Of a stretch of 64,000 bases of DNA, positions 13,994-26,802 are shown one piece after another. The notes under the pieces are model-generated. The model was not told where the DNA came from. It made no database searches and saw nothing but the letters and a program-made list of their open reading frames with translations. Origin of the DNA: the human T2T-CHM13v2.0 reference genome, Homo sapiens; assembly GCF_009914755.1 (NCBI RefSeq), contig NC_060925.1. One strand, written 5' to 3'. How positions within the stretch are numbered: position 1 is the first letter of the stretch; each line of letters starts with the position of its first letter. The position numbers were made by a program, and so were the translations under genes.

Positions 13994-15027
13994 GAACCAG
14001 AGGCTTTGTTTTCATGTCCAAAACACATCTCACTCAAGAAAGAGCAAGAAGATGCCTTATTGAGTTCTATGCTTTTCTTTGTTTAGATGTGATATGAAGT
14101 TGCACACACCAGTCAACTATGAAGGGAGTAATGATATTTCAAGACAAACTACTGCAAGTAATCTCTATTTTGCAGATTTTATGAAGCAGTCTTCCCTTTA
14201 GAGGAAAAGATAACTCAGGGAAATGTACTTTACAAACTGTGCTAGAAATACGTTATAGAAAATCCTGACTCTTGAAATTCTTATCATTGATTTTTAATTT
14301 ACTGAATAATATAGCAGTGATGGTACATTGATTACCCAGCTGATGATTACAATTCTGTCAAATATCCTTTTGGGGCCTTTAGGGGGTAGAGTGAGGGAAT
14401 GATATACCCACATCGTGCCAACCAGCATGCCCAGTTCAGGGTCTTTTTCCCCTTGAACCCTTAAACTCCTTGCTTTTGACCATTGCCGTTTTCTTTTCCA
14501 CAACATGTCCTTAATAACTAAACTTGTAGAATAATACCCATCTGAACAAATTTTATTCTTGATAACACTGAATCACACTACATGTTATATTAAGCCCAAA
14601 TCCCGGAGATAGCCTTACTAACTTACAGAGACACAGGTAAGTCATAACCATTAATTTGTTCCTGGAAAAACAGCTATAAAATTGAAGCAAGTTTTATTAA
14701 TATTTACATCTCTTTTATTACTTATTTTCTAACCCAATATCAAAATCATTTACTCTGGGAAATGGGTATTTCTCAAAAGCGAGAACAATGTGATTTAATA
14801 TTGATAGTATATGATTGTACACAATTACAAGTATCCTATTGATCACAATTGTAATATTACAATAGGTTATCATAACTCTCAGTGTGAATCTTTCCTAAAA
14901 GATGATGATGGGAGTCGGGGGTGGCAGTGGGGCTGGGGGGCGGATGGTGGGTCCTCACTGAAACTCTGGCTTTACTAGACTAACAGGAAGTCATTAGCCT
15001 ACAAAGCCAAGAAAGAGAGAAACTCAC

Positions 15028-15088
15028 TCTATCTTTGGGTAGTTGTTCTTTGTTTTGTAGACATCTTCATACAGTTCTCTATTTTCTT
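15028..15088 (-). CDS. FYB2: FYB2 coding exon (~12), 61 nt, EENRELYEDVYKTKNNYPKID (YEDV motif)
   Basis: aatttcag|AA ... ATAGA|gtgagt; phase 1-2. Confidence 0.93.
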
Positions 15089-15794
15089 CTGAAATTAGAA
15101 GAAAACCCTACTTATATTCATTATAATAGCAATAGTTCAGATTCATATTTAACAAAAAGTATTAGATACTTACTAGATGCTAGGTACTTTGATCTTTCTT
15201 TTGTTAAATAGTTTTTACTGAAACTCACCCACATGTTTTTAAAAGCATATGGTAAAAATACTTAAACCTCTATAAAAGTATGTATAAATGAAAATTAAGA
15301 CTCATTTCCACCTGATTCCAAATTTGAACTGATTTAGTCAAAGAAAGTTGGTTCTTCAATAGATTCCTTCCTTCCACCCTCCCTCCTTCCTGTATTTAAT
15401 ACATAACAATCAGAATTTACTAAGCATCAGGCATTGCGCTGAATGCTGGGGCAACCATGGAAAATGAGATATATCTTGAATAATCTCTCCCTTCACAGCA
15501 TGGCTTTGGCCTAGCCCAACACATAAGCTTAACATACACAGTTATACTTTAATTCAATCCTGAAACAGAGTCTAATGGAAAGAATTTTGAATATCAGGGT
15601 CAGGATTTTTAGGTTCAAAACTCAACTTTAACACACAATGATCTTAGAGGAGTCACTTCTCTATGTTTCAATTTTCTTTTTAAAATGAGTGTACTGGGTT
15701 TAATGATATTTAAGGTTGTTTTTCCCTCTAAACTTCTGAGATTCTAAGATCAATCAGAGTAACATTTGATTCTCTCCACTCCATTGCTTTTTCT

Positions 15795-16080
15795 TTTTCT
15801 AAAATTTATTTTAAAATTGACAAATAATAATTATATATACTTATGATATATAACATGTTTTGATAATTGTATACATAGTGGAATGACTAAGTCAAGCCAG
15901 TTAATGTATTCATTACCTCACATATTTTTTGTGGTGAGAATTTTAAAATCTACTCTCAGCAATTTTCAAGTATATAATACTTTTGTTATTAACTATAATC
16001 ACTGTTGTACTATAAACTTCCTGAAGGTACTTCTCCTAATTGAAATTTTGTATCCTTTGACCAATACCTCCCCATTACTT
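15795..16080 (-). mobile_element. L1MA-like 3' end fragment
   Basis: 'tgtggtgagaattttaaaatctactctcagcaattttcaagtata'. Confidence 0.75.
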
Positions 16081-16084
16081 TTTC

Positions 16085-16645
16085 ATTCATGAATTCCTTC
16101 ATTCAACAGATTTTTTTGAATATCTAACATGTACTTGGCATTATGCTAGGGGCTGGAGAAAATGGTATGTATAAAGAAGGTAATAATCTAGGAGGGGAGA
16201 CATTAATTAAAAAGTCACATAAGTATAAAATTACAACTGTGACAAGTACTATGAAAAAGAAGTCCATGGTACTATGAGATTGTACACCAAGGAGAATATT
16301 CCCTGTGGAAATAATGATTGAGCTGAGATTAGAAGATTAAGAGTCAGTGAAACAAAGGTACCCAGGGGAGGAAAGAGCATTCCGGAAAGGGAGGGAAAAG
16401 CATATGAAAATATCCTGCTGTTGGAGCTTGGCAAATTATACAAGCTAAAAGAAGGTCAGCATAACTGGGTCTCAAAGATGAAGATTGAGTACAGTGTGAG
16501 ATGAGGCTCCAGAGGTCTGTAGGGGTAGGTTAGTCAAGGACTCTAGATCATGTCAGAAGCCAATCTTAAAAGTATTGGAAAGCCAAGAAAGTGTTTTAAG
16601 TAAAAACAGTCCTATAATCAGACTTACACTGTGAAAAGATCAGGA
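16085..16645 (-). mobile_element. L2 fragment
   Basis: Begins with reverse L2 tail 'ttcattcaacaga'. Confidence 0.65.
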
Positions 16646-16892
16646 AGGAAGTAAACTCACTTTTACCATAAGAATGCTCTTACCAGCATCTTCATGTTCC
16701 TGATTCTAAATGCATTTATTAGCACATACCTTGGTATTGCTGTTAGCACATATCTTGGTATTGCTTCTCTTAGCTTCCCACAAATTGGCATTATTAAAAT
16801 ATGAATAATTAAAAGACATCTTATCACTAATCAGCCATAGAAGCATTCTGCAATTCCTACTGGCAACTTCAGAAATGTCTTCCTATACTTAC

Positions 16893-16933
16893 CACTACTT
16901 GAGGCAAGTGAGCTAGAGTAGTTCAGCTTCGGT
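16893..16933 (-). CDS. FYB2: FYB2 coding exon (~11), 41 nt, VPKLNYSSSLASSS
   Basis: ctcccatag|A ... AGTG|gtaagt; phase 2-1; follows an 85-nt intron. Confidence 0.93.
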
Positions 16934-17018
16934 CTATGGGAGAAAATAACAAAGACCATTATTGTACCTTTAAAGTCTCATCACATTCATCTTGCTGAAA
17001 GACTGGAATGTTACTTAC

Positions 17019-17133
17019 ACCTCTTTCCTGGAGTACTCGACATCATCATATATCTCCTCCGAGATGGAACTTGTCTTAGAGACCCCTAGGTCTGGAGTTT
17101 CTTTAGTTGACTCCAAAACCTCCAGATGCCCAC
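17019..17133 (-). CDS. FYB2: FYB2 coding exon (~10), 115 nt, GHLEVLESTKETPDLGVSKTSSISEEIYDDVEYSRKE (YDDV motif)
   Basis: cctttcag|GT ... GAGGT|gtaagt; phase 1-2; ORF 17015..17287. Confidence 0.95.
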
Positions 17134-18119
17134 CTGAAAGGAAACCAGAAAACCTGAAAAACATCACATCAGCTGCCATCATAAAGTCATTCACACACAT
17201 CACTGGCAGTGGAGGCAAGCATAAGAAAAGGCAGATTAAATGGGCTAAAATTGGATTACAGTCTTGGTATGTATGATCCTTGGGCAAGCCACTTCACTTT
17301 GTAGAGCCTCAGTTATGATTCTCTGAAGTTGAGGATAATGATGCTAACACCGAATCATGTGGTTTTGGCAAGGATTAAATACATATTTATGAAGGGTGCT
17401 GGTTACCTAGTAAACTAGTAACTCCCTTCTTTGATGGTTCTTCCTTTAATCCCTGACCTCAAACTTTGAAGTCTACCAGGGTACATCCCTGGGGCTTATC
17501 TCTCTACATCTAGATGATCTTATCCAGTCTTACGGCAGTTCTTAAAGCAAAATTTCTCAGACAAGTCGATTGAGCACATATCAATATATATTATTCATTA
17601 ATTCATTCTGGAGTTAGCCAGAAGATAGTGTGCCAGGTTAACAAATGTATAGGGATTGTTTGCACAAGTAGATGCTGGCTTACTTCACAGAGTTGTAAAC
17701 TTGTCATAACCATAAAACTGCCACCTCTTTATCTGTTGGCATAGGTTAATATTTAGGGTATGGGTAATTCATAGCCATATTCAGATATGAACTATTAATC
17801 AGAAATAGAAAGTAATATACTTGAGAAATAAACAACAAGCACATTAACTGGTATCTATTAATTAAATGAACCAAGCAATAAGATTTTATCCTCTGACAAG
17901 AAGTCAGTGAGCGTGTAGGCCCCAAACCATCTCAATGAATGTCAGCTCTCAGAGGCATAAGGTCCTACTTTTTCTCAAGGAGTTATCAGTAAATTTCTCC
18001 AATACAAAATAAAGATGCTGAACACACACAGTTTCTTCTTAGTCTGCAGCATTTATTTCCTTCCTCAATCCTTCCTTTTGGCTGAAGCAAATGCAAAAGT
18101 TTATGCCTTCATTTTAAAA

Positions 18120-19140
18120 ACACTGACGACTCTCAAATTTACATCTCCAATTTAGACATCTCTCATGAATTCCAGATACTTTATCAGCCTTCACACCATT
18201 TCCTTTTGGTTGTCTAAACATATTACATTCCAAACCAAAATCATAATTTCTCTCTGCAAGTTTGCTCTTCCTGAAGTTTATTCAATCTCATAAAAGGGGC
18301 AATTCCATCCTTTATGTTGCTCAGGCCCAAAACCTTGGAGACATCCTCGATTCATTTCTCTCTCATTTCTCACTTCCAATCCAAAGCCATCTGTCCACTG
18401 TAGTTTCAAATTATATTCCGATTTCAAATACATCTCAGCAATTCTACCATAGTATCCTCCTCCAAGCTACCACCATTTCTCACCTAAATTATTGCAATAA
18501 CCTCCTAACCGGTCTCCCCGATTTATCTCACATTTTATTTTCAAGACAGAAGCCAGATGATTTTTTAAAATGCAAATCAGGTCATGCCTTTCTTGTACTT
18601 GCAAAAGCTTTCAGTGGTTTTAAAAATCTCATTTATGGTAAATGCTAAAGTTCTTGCAGTGATCTACAGAAGTCCCTTGTTATTTCTGTGACCCCATCTC
18701 CTACTATACTCTTCCTCGGTTACTCTGTTCTAGCCACACTGGCCTCCTTGCAGCTCCTCCAACATATCTGGCCAACTTCTGCCTCAGGGATTTGCACTTT
18801 TTTTCTCTTCCTAGGTCATTCATATCCTAGATACACATATGGCTCTCTTCCTCAACTACTTGAGGTTTTTGAAGTAATCTATGAGCACTTTAAAATGGCA
18901 ACCTCTATCACCTCTACCTGCTTCTTTAATTCTCTTAGCTTGCTTTATTTTTTCATATTTACTATTAATACCATTCAATATAGATCTTTTATTATTTATT
19001 GTCCGTCTCCTCTGATCCGAAAGTAACCTCTGTGAGAAAAGGAATTTTTGCCTGTTCACTGCTATACACCCCCATTTCCTAGAACAGTGCTGGGCACATA
19101 AAAAGTACTTAATATATTTGAATTTCGAATGATTTGAATG
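18120..19140 (+). mobile_element. L2 fragment
   Basis: 'gctcaggcccaaaaccttggagacatcctcga', 'tagccacactggcctcc' and L2 3' tail. Confidence 0.75.
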
Positions 19141-19339
19141 CATGTGTCTTCTCACTGGTGAATTTAGTGCATTACATTTATAGTGTTTACTGATATTTTT
19201 AAATTTTTATCTATTATCTTAGTACATATTTTTATTTGTTCCATGTTTTTCTTATCTTCATCTGACTAAAGTTTCTTCTCTTTCTGCCATTCTGTTTTCT
19301 TTTCTATTTGTTTTCTTTCATTTGTTATCTTTTAATAGT

Positions 19340-20099
19340 TACCCACAAGAGTGACCACTGTCCTGACTTCTAATACCAGCGGTACTTATTTTTGAATGTT
19401 TTAATAATGGAATAATTTAGTATGCACTCTATGGTGTCACCTACTTTCCTTCAATATTATGTTTGTGAGATTCATCAATATTGTTGCAAATAGTTTTTTT
19501 TGCTCATTCAGATGACTTTATTCTATTGTGTGAATAGGTTACCATTTATTTATCCATTCTACTTTTTATGGGCATCTGGACAGTTTCCAATTTGGGGCTA
19601 TTACAAAAAGTTTTGCTATAAGCATTTTGTATGTGTGTTTTGGTGCATTAAACTGTGCACTTATATTGGGATATATACATAAGTACTGAATTGCTAGGTC
19701 ATAGGATATGCATTATGTTCAACCTTAGTACTGCTAAACAGTTTTCCAAAATGGTTGTCCCAGCTTACAATCTCCACAGTGAATGAGAGCTTTAGTTGCT
19801 CCATATCTTTACTAACACTTGATATTTTTAGTCTTTTTTATTGTAGCCAATTTGGTAGCAGAATTGAATTTTCATAGTGTATTTGCCTTTTGGATGGTCT
19901 CTTTGGGGAAGGGCTGTTTCAATATTTTTCTAATTTCACTATATTTCTTTTATAAAAAATTGATTTCTAGTTTATGTTTTCTGAATACCAAGCATTCACA
20001 GATGTATATTCCAAATATGAGTCATTTATCAAATATGTATATATTTGATACATAAACGGTATATGTAAATAATGGAAATATCTTCTCCGACCCAGTGAC
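19340..20099 (-). mobile_element. Old L1M fragment
   Basis: 'gtttgtgagattcatcaatattgttgca', 'tttccaatttggggctatta'. Confidence 0.7.
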
Positions 20100-20117
20100 T
20101 TACCTTCTCACTCTTTT

Positions 20118-21435
20118 TTAACTTTTTTTTTTTATTTTACTTTAAGTTCTGAGATACATGTGCAGAATATGCAGGTTAGTTGTGCCATGGTGGTTTGCTG
20201 CACCAATCAACTCGTCATCTAGGTTTTAAGCCCCGCATGCACTAAGTATTTGTCCTAATGCTCTCTGTCCCCTTGCCTCCCACCCCTGACAGGCCCCAGT
20301 ATGTGATGTTCCCTTCCCTGTGTACATGCGTTCCTCATTGTTCAACTCCCACTTATGAGTGAGAATGTGTGGTGTTGGGTTTTCTGTTCCTATATTAGTT
20401 TGCTGAGAATGATGGCTTCCAGCTTCACCCATGTCCTTGCAAAGGACATGAACTCATTCTTTTTTATGGCTGCATAGTATTCCATGGTATATATGTGCCA
20501 CATTTTCTTTATCCAGTCTATCATTGATGGATTGTTTCCAAGTCTTTGCTATTGTAAATAGTGCTGCAATAAACATACGTGTGCATGTATCTTTATAGTA
20601 GAATTATTTATAATCCTTTGGGTATATACCCAGTAATGGGATTGCTGGGTCAAATGGTATTTCTGGTTCTAGATCCTTGAGGAATCACCACGCTGTCTTC
20701 CACAATCGTTGAACTAATTTACACTCTGACCAACAGTGTAAAAGCATTCCTATTTCTCCACAGCCTCACCAGCATCTGTTGTTTCCTGACTTTTTGATAA
20801 CTGTCATTCTAACTGGCGTGAGATGGTATCTCATTGTGGTTTTGATTTGGATTTCTCTAATGACCAGTGATGATGAGCTTTTTTTCATATGTTTGTTGGC
20901 TACATAAATGTCTTCTTTTGAGAAGTGTCTGTTCATATCCTTTGCCCACTTTTTGATGGGGTTGTTTTATTCTTGTAAATTTGTTTAAGTTTCTTGTAGA
21001 TTCTGGATATTAGACCTTTGTCAGATGGATAGATTCCAAAAATTCCCTCTCATTCTGAAGGTTGCCTGTTCACTCTGATGATAGTTGCTTTTGCTGTGCA
21101 GAAGCTCTTTAGTTTAATTAGATCCCATTGGTCAATTTTGGCTGTTGTTGCAATTGCTTTTGGTGTTTTAGTCATGAAGCCTTTGTCCATGCCTATGTCC
21201 TGAATGGTATTGCCTAGGTTTTCTTCTTGGGTTTTTATGGTTTTAAGTTTTCCATTTAAGTCTTTAATCCCTCTTGAGTTAATTTTTATGTAAGGTGTGA
21301 GGAAGGGGTCCAGTTTCTGTTTTCCGCATGTGGCTAGCCAGTTTTCCCAGCACCATTTATCAAACAGGAAATCCTTTCCTTATTGCTTGTTTTTGTCAGG
21401 TTTGTCAAAGATCATATGGTTGTACATGTGTGATG
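20118..21435 (-). mobile_element. 5'-truncated L1PA (approx. L1PA7) 3' end, ~1.3 kb, sense to FYB2
   Basis: 18-bp TSD TTACCTTCTCACTCTTTT at 20100-20117 and 21436-21453; poly-T start. Confidence 0.93.
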
Positions 21436-21649
21436 TTACCTTCTCACTCTTTTAACGGTATATTTTAATGATTGTATCCTAGCTCTTCTAATTCTTTCAA
21501 GGCTAAAGCAAATTAATACCATTACTCTCTTCCCAAACAATTATCAACCTTAGGACACTTTAATCACCTTCTCAATATAAGCACTATGAATGTTCAATAT
21601 TTTATAATATTTTGCTCCTTCCTCAATTTGACGTTATTTTGTTGAATTA

Positions 21650-22800
21650 ATGCTTTTGCTTAACTTTTTTTCTTGCATCCACAACTTTCTATCTGTGATT
21701 ATCTTCCTTCTGCCTGAAGTACATGCTTTAGAATTTCCTTCAGTGCATTTTATCTGGACAATAAAATGTCCCAGTTTTTATTTGTCTGACAACATCTTAT
21801 TTTTCTTTCATTTGTGAAAGGCATTTTTATGAGACATAAAATTTCAGGTAGATATTTAATCTCTTTCAGCAAAATTATATTCTTGTTACACAGGAGAAAT
21901 CAGCAGTCAGAACTCAGTTGTGTTTTTTTTTTTTGTGGGTGATTGGTTTTTCCCCTTTGTCTGTTTTTAAGGTCTTTTAAGATATTCTCTTATTCTTTAA
22001 TGTTCTTCATTTTGCATGGCTAGGCATAGATTTCTGTTTTTTATCCTGCTTGAGAACTTTAGGGTTCCTGGCTTTGCAAATTTATCTCTCTCAACAATTT
22101 TGGAAAATTCTCAGATAGTATTTGTTTTATCTATTATTTCCTCTTCCTCACTTTTCCAGTATCCTTTTATGGAATTCTGATTTTTCTGATTTTATTACAA
22201 TTTTAGACTTTTCACTTTACCTTCCATGACTTTTATCCTCTCTTTTACTCTTTTTAAAATCATTTTTCCCTATAGAATGAATTTTGGATAATTTCTTTAG
22301 ATTTATCTTTTAGTTCACTAATTTTCTCTTCAACTATAGGTAATGTGATATAAAATGTAATCATTGGCATTTTATCAATTTATCAATTATTATTTTTTCC
22401 TTTTCAAATATTTTTAAAATATGGCTATTCTCTATTCATATTATCCTCTATTTTAAAAACATATTAAACATCTTATGTGTTATACCTGATAATCCTAATA
22501 TCTGCAATATCTTGTAGGTTGGTTCTGCTATCTGTTCCACTGGTTTTCCCTCACTGTGAGTTGTTTCCTTGTGTTTGGTTATTTTTGACTATCAATTGTT
22601 AACATGTAAAGAATATTTTGAGGGGATTATTTGAAATCTGGGATGAAACTAAATAGGGATTTGGATCTCAGCAAAAATCATCAAGGCAAAAGTTAGCTTT
22701 GGCATGCACCTCCCAGGTTTCCTGGTTACTGCCGGCCTGTGGGTGCTTTTCTTTATAAATCAGTTCTGTGGTACTTTTATGAATGTTTTAAAAAATTTAT
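21650..22800 (-). mobile_element. Highly diverged L1ME-like fragment
   Basis: T-rich, 'caattttggaaaattctcag' motif; boundaries approximate. Confidence 0.55.
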
Positions 22801-23910
22801 TCTTCACTTTGTTTTAGTCAAGAGAGTCATTCATATTGCCTAGTCCACCATATTTTTAGACACTGAAGTTTGATTAATCCTTTCATTCTACAAAATTAAA
22901 TTGGGTTTCTCCTGTGTGCTCGATACTTAGCCAGGTTACAGAGATACAGAAAAAAAATACCAAATGGTCTGTGATTTCAAGGTGCCTACGGCGTGCCATG
23001 GGAGATAACACATAAATCATGAATTGCAATGTAAGGCATGGTATAATTTTTCAAAATAAAAATAAATGAAAAAGACTAATAGTTACTTAATATATGATCC
23101 AGAAACTTTATATGCATTGACAAATAGCCTTAGGAAATTAGTAGTAGTATCACCATTTGCACATGAAAGTAAGTACATTTTCCAAAATCACGGGGTTAGT
23201 ATAGAAATGCTTTATTCCAGATCCTATGACTGTGGCCGTTCTGTTGCTATTGAAGTGTCAACTGAAAGGGTAGCAAAACCAGGAGTGGAAAAAGTGATAC
23301 CAAGTCACTATGATATTGTTTGTGTCCCTGGATCCAACCATGGCTAGACTTTCTGCTAGGTGAACCTCCTTTTCTTTTTGTGTTTAACATAGTATGGTTT
23401 GATCACTGTTGCTTCCAATCAAGGGTACCGACTAACACGCAGGTAAAATGCAACCTGAATAAAGTCAACAAATGATACCATAGTGTATCACCAGTACATG
23501 TCAATGATGATGTGAGCCTAGACAACAGGAGCTAGTATATATATAAAAAAAAGAACAAACATTTGCTGAGTACCTATCATATAATATACTGTCAGATTTG
23601 GTCCTCATAAAAGCCCTGTGAGGTCCATATTATGATGATCTCTTTTTATAAATGAAGAAATTGAGTTGCAGGAATATGAAGTCACTTACCACACAGCTTA
23701 CTAAGTATTAGAGCTTAGGTTTGAACTCAAGACTTCTGCTTTTCAATTCAGTGTTTTTTTCCACTACTGCACAGCTTCCTCACTAGGGCAAGTTGCTTGG
23801 CACAAAATAGATGTTCAATAAATATTGGTAAAATAAATTAAAATTTTGGCCATGCTCAGCTATAAAACAAATTGTAATGATGAAGAAGATCAGAAAGAAA
23901 TGCAACTTAC

Positions 23911-24070
23911 AGTGGCCTTGGGAGTGCCTGGCCAGCTTTGGGCCCTCAGGGCAGGGATTTGTCTGGATGATGTCAATCATGGCCTCTTGCTTTCCAGCCA
24001 ACATGTTCCTTCTACCTGTGTGGACGTTGGTCATCTGAATTTTTTCAGGTGTCCCTTCACAGGCATCTAC
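23911..24070 (-). CDS. FYB2: FYB2 coding exon (~9), 160 nt, VDACEGTPEKIQMTNV...LARHSQGH
   Basis: tgtttag|GTA ... CACT|gtaagt; phase 0-1; ORF 23783..24034. Confidence 0.94.
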
Positions 24071-26359
24071 CTAAACATATGCAAAAGGGAGAATACTGTA
24101 GGGCTGTGACTTACCTAATCAGTTCTTTGCTTACTTGTACAGTTTTTCATTCATTCCTCATGGATAACAATTATTTATCATTTATTTAACATTGAATAAT
24201 ATCTTACTAGACTCTAAGTTTCCTGAAGGTGCATACTATATCCTTCATTACCTCTGAATGTTCAATGAATGCCTGGCACAGAGGCAGCTCACAGGAAGCA
24301 GTCAGGATACAGGGTGTACTGACTATAGGGCAGGCTTTTTATATTCCATATAACTTAATCATCATGATACCTCATGAGAAAAGTATCATCAGTTCTCTTG
24401 ATAAAGAGTTTAGAGAGGTTGAGTAACTGGTCACTGGTTCCACAGTTAGTAATCTACCTAGGCAGGACTTGACCCCAGAACCTTGTTCCAAGGGATGCTA
24501 TGTATTCCTTTTCATTTCCTTCTTTTTGCCTACATTTTGTCTTCCCACCCACCATTCTTCTGTTCCTTCTCACTTCTTTCTTCACTCCCTTTCTCTAGCA
24601 TTTGTCAAGCACTTACAGAAGGCAAGACAACATGCTAAGCTCTAGAAGTAGAGACAGAGTTTCTTAACACATTGGTCTTGGAGATAATGCATGCAAATGA
24701 TTAATTAGGGTATAATGTGATGAGTGTTATTTACAGCAGTATTGCTCACTGTCTTGGAAACAGAGAGGATGAGGAGGTTGGTTCTCTTGGCTGGGAGATG
24801 GGTTAGAGAAGACCTCGAAAAGCAGATTTTATTAAATTGTATTTTCCAAATGTCAGTAGGAGATTGACAGAGTGGATAAAGGAGTATCTGGCAGATAAAT
24901 CAGCACAAAAAAAAGGCACAGGGGATTTGGGGAAGTGTTTGTGTCCTTATAAGGGTAGCAAGGAGGCTGCTGATAAGGTAAGAGTTGAAGGAAAAAGATA
25001 AGGGAAGACAGCCTGGCGATGAGGTTGAAAAGGTAAATGAGAATAGGGCTGAGTTATGAAGGGTCTTGCATGCAAAGCAAAGAGTTTGGGCTTTATTTCT
25101 TAACCATTAGGAGTCAGGCCAGGGAAAACCCTGATCACATTTACATTTCAAAATGTTCTGGATAGACTGACAGGACGAGACCCTGGAGAGAGAGAAAATT
25201 AGAGTATTTTTGGCCATCTAACTGTTTTATAATTGTCCAATGAGAGAAAGGTAATTGTCCTTCTGACTACAACAGAGTAGAGATGAGGATTGACTATGAT
25301 AATACATTTGAAAGTACTTGGGAAAAGCTAATGTAATTAATAGACATAAGGAGTGGATTATCCTGAGTTTTGGGTGGAATCTTAGGGAAACTGTCAGAAG
25401 AATAAGAGGAGGGGCATTCTTTTAGGTCATAGTACCAAGAATTAAATGTATAAATGGGGAAAATTGACAAGAAAGTAATGAAGTCAGTATTTTGCAGAAA
25501 TATAGTGACCACCATCCTTCAATGTAGTCCCATAATGAAAGCAGCCCCTCATTCACCTAACATATTCTAAATCACATTTAACAATTTCTGGAACCCAAAC
25601 TCACTCCATAAAAGAAGGAAGTGACTCTTCGTTAGTAGTTTGAGCCCATATCTGGCTTACGCCACATAGCCAGCATTGAAAAAGAGCAGAGCTTGTGATT
25701 TTTCATGGCTAATATCCTTAGTCATGTATCTCTCCTGCCCTCTCATATGCTCCTAATCAAACCATTCCTGATCTCTAACTTGACAGCCATTGATGGCTTG
25801 GCTTTCACACCCAGTGCTGCTCCCCTGGCTCTGGACCTTGTCTTTCTTAATTAGCAACTTACTCCATCCTTTGAATTATGCTGCTTTCTGATGCTCTCTG
25901 AACACCCAACATGGTCCAGCCCAACCTCTGGACCTACATGCCAGTTCAGGCTCATACAGCCAACATGCTGTTTGACTTACCCTACTTCTGCAGATGGGAC
26001 TGGGACAACTGCATCTTAAAAGATAGGCACATCTCAAACAGGTATCTAATGTGAGTACTGGCAATAGCCCTGGTGGTGTCTATTGTTTAAGCCTCCTGCC
26101 ACCCAACTGCTTTGAAGCAGATGGGGTCAGTTGGATATGGATATACACACATTCACCATATTTAATATTAATGAAAGCAACAAGAATACATTTCATTTGT
26201 ATGGTAGCTTATGGCTTATGAAACACTTTCTTGCACATTATTTTATCACCACAAACGAGGTAGAATTGGCATGGGAATGGGGATGGTAATTGGGTAGGAA
26301 TCATTTATTTTCATTTATAGATGAGGTAACTGAGCTCAGAGACAAGTCACTCTTCTAAG

Positions 26360-26496
26360 CAGGGCCTTAGGGCACAACGTTTAAGGAAACTCTCACTCCA
26401 GGGTAGTGCAAGGGCAGGGATGGCACCTGAGAGTGGGTACTGCCTTATAGTTTGCACCCTGGGTTTCTTGTTGGACTTAATCTAGTCCCAGCCCTG
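26360..26496. mobile_element. MER96-like hAT MITE inserted in a MIR
   Basis: CAGGGC...GCCCTG termini; perfect 8-bp TSD CTTCTAAG; palindromic interior. Confidence 0.85.
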
Positions 26497-26705
26497 CTTC
26501 TAAGGTCGGCTTCATGGCTAAAAAGTGGAAAATTAGGGGCTGGAGCTTAGTGTCATTGTTACATTTATTTCCTTGATACAATATCAAATGCCCATTGCCT
26601 TTTCTAACTCTGTCTCTCTGAAGAGCTCTCTCAGGCCATATAAAGTCACCCCCATGAACTGATCTGTTATATGTCTAAACTGCAGGAACCGTAGAACATA
26701 GGTAC

Positions 26706-26802
26706 CTTGAAAACATGGTTTGAATATGGTTCCTTTTCTGTGTTTTTAGGTTTCAATTCACATGGTTGTTTTTCCTTCATTTTTTTATCTTCATGTTTAG
26801 CA
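26706..26802 (-). CDS. FYB2: FYB2 coding exon (~8), 97 nt, AKHEDKKMKEKQPCELKPKNTEKEPYSNHVFK
   Basis: catttcag|T ... AAG|gtacct; phase 2-0; ORF 26667..26870. Confidence 0.94.

Noticed and set aside
17744-17756. HNF1-like motif GGTTAATATTTAG
   Set aside because: Imperfect AT-rich match expected by chance in this composition.
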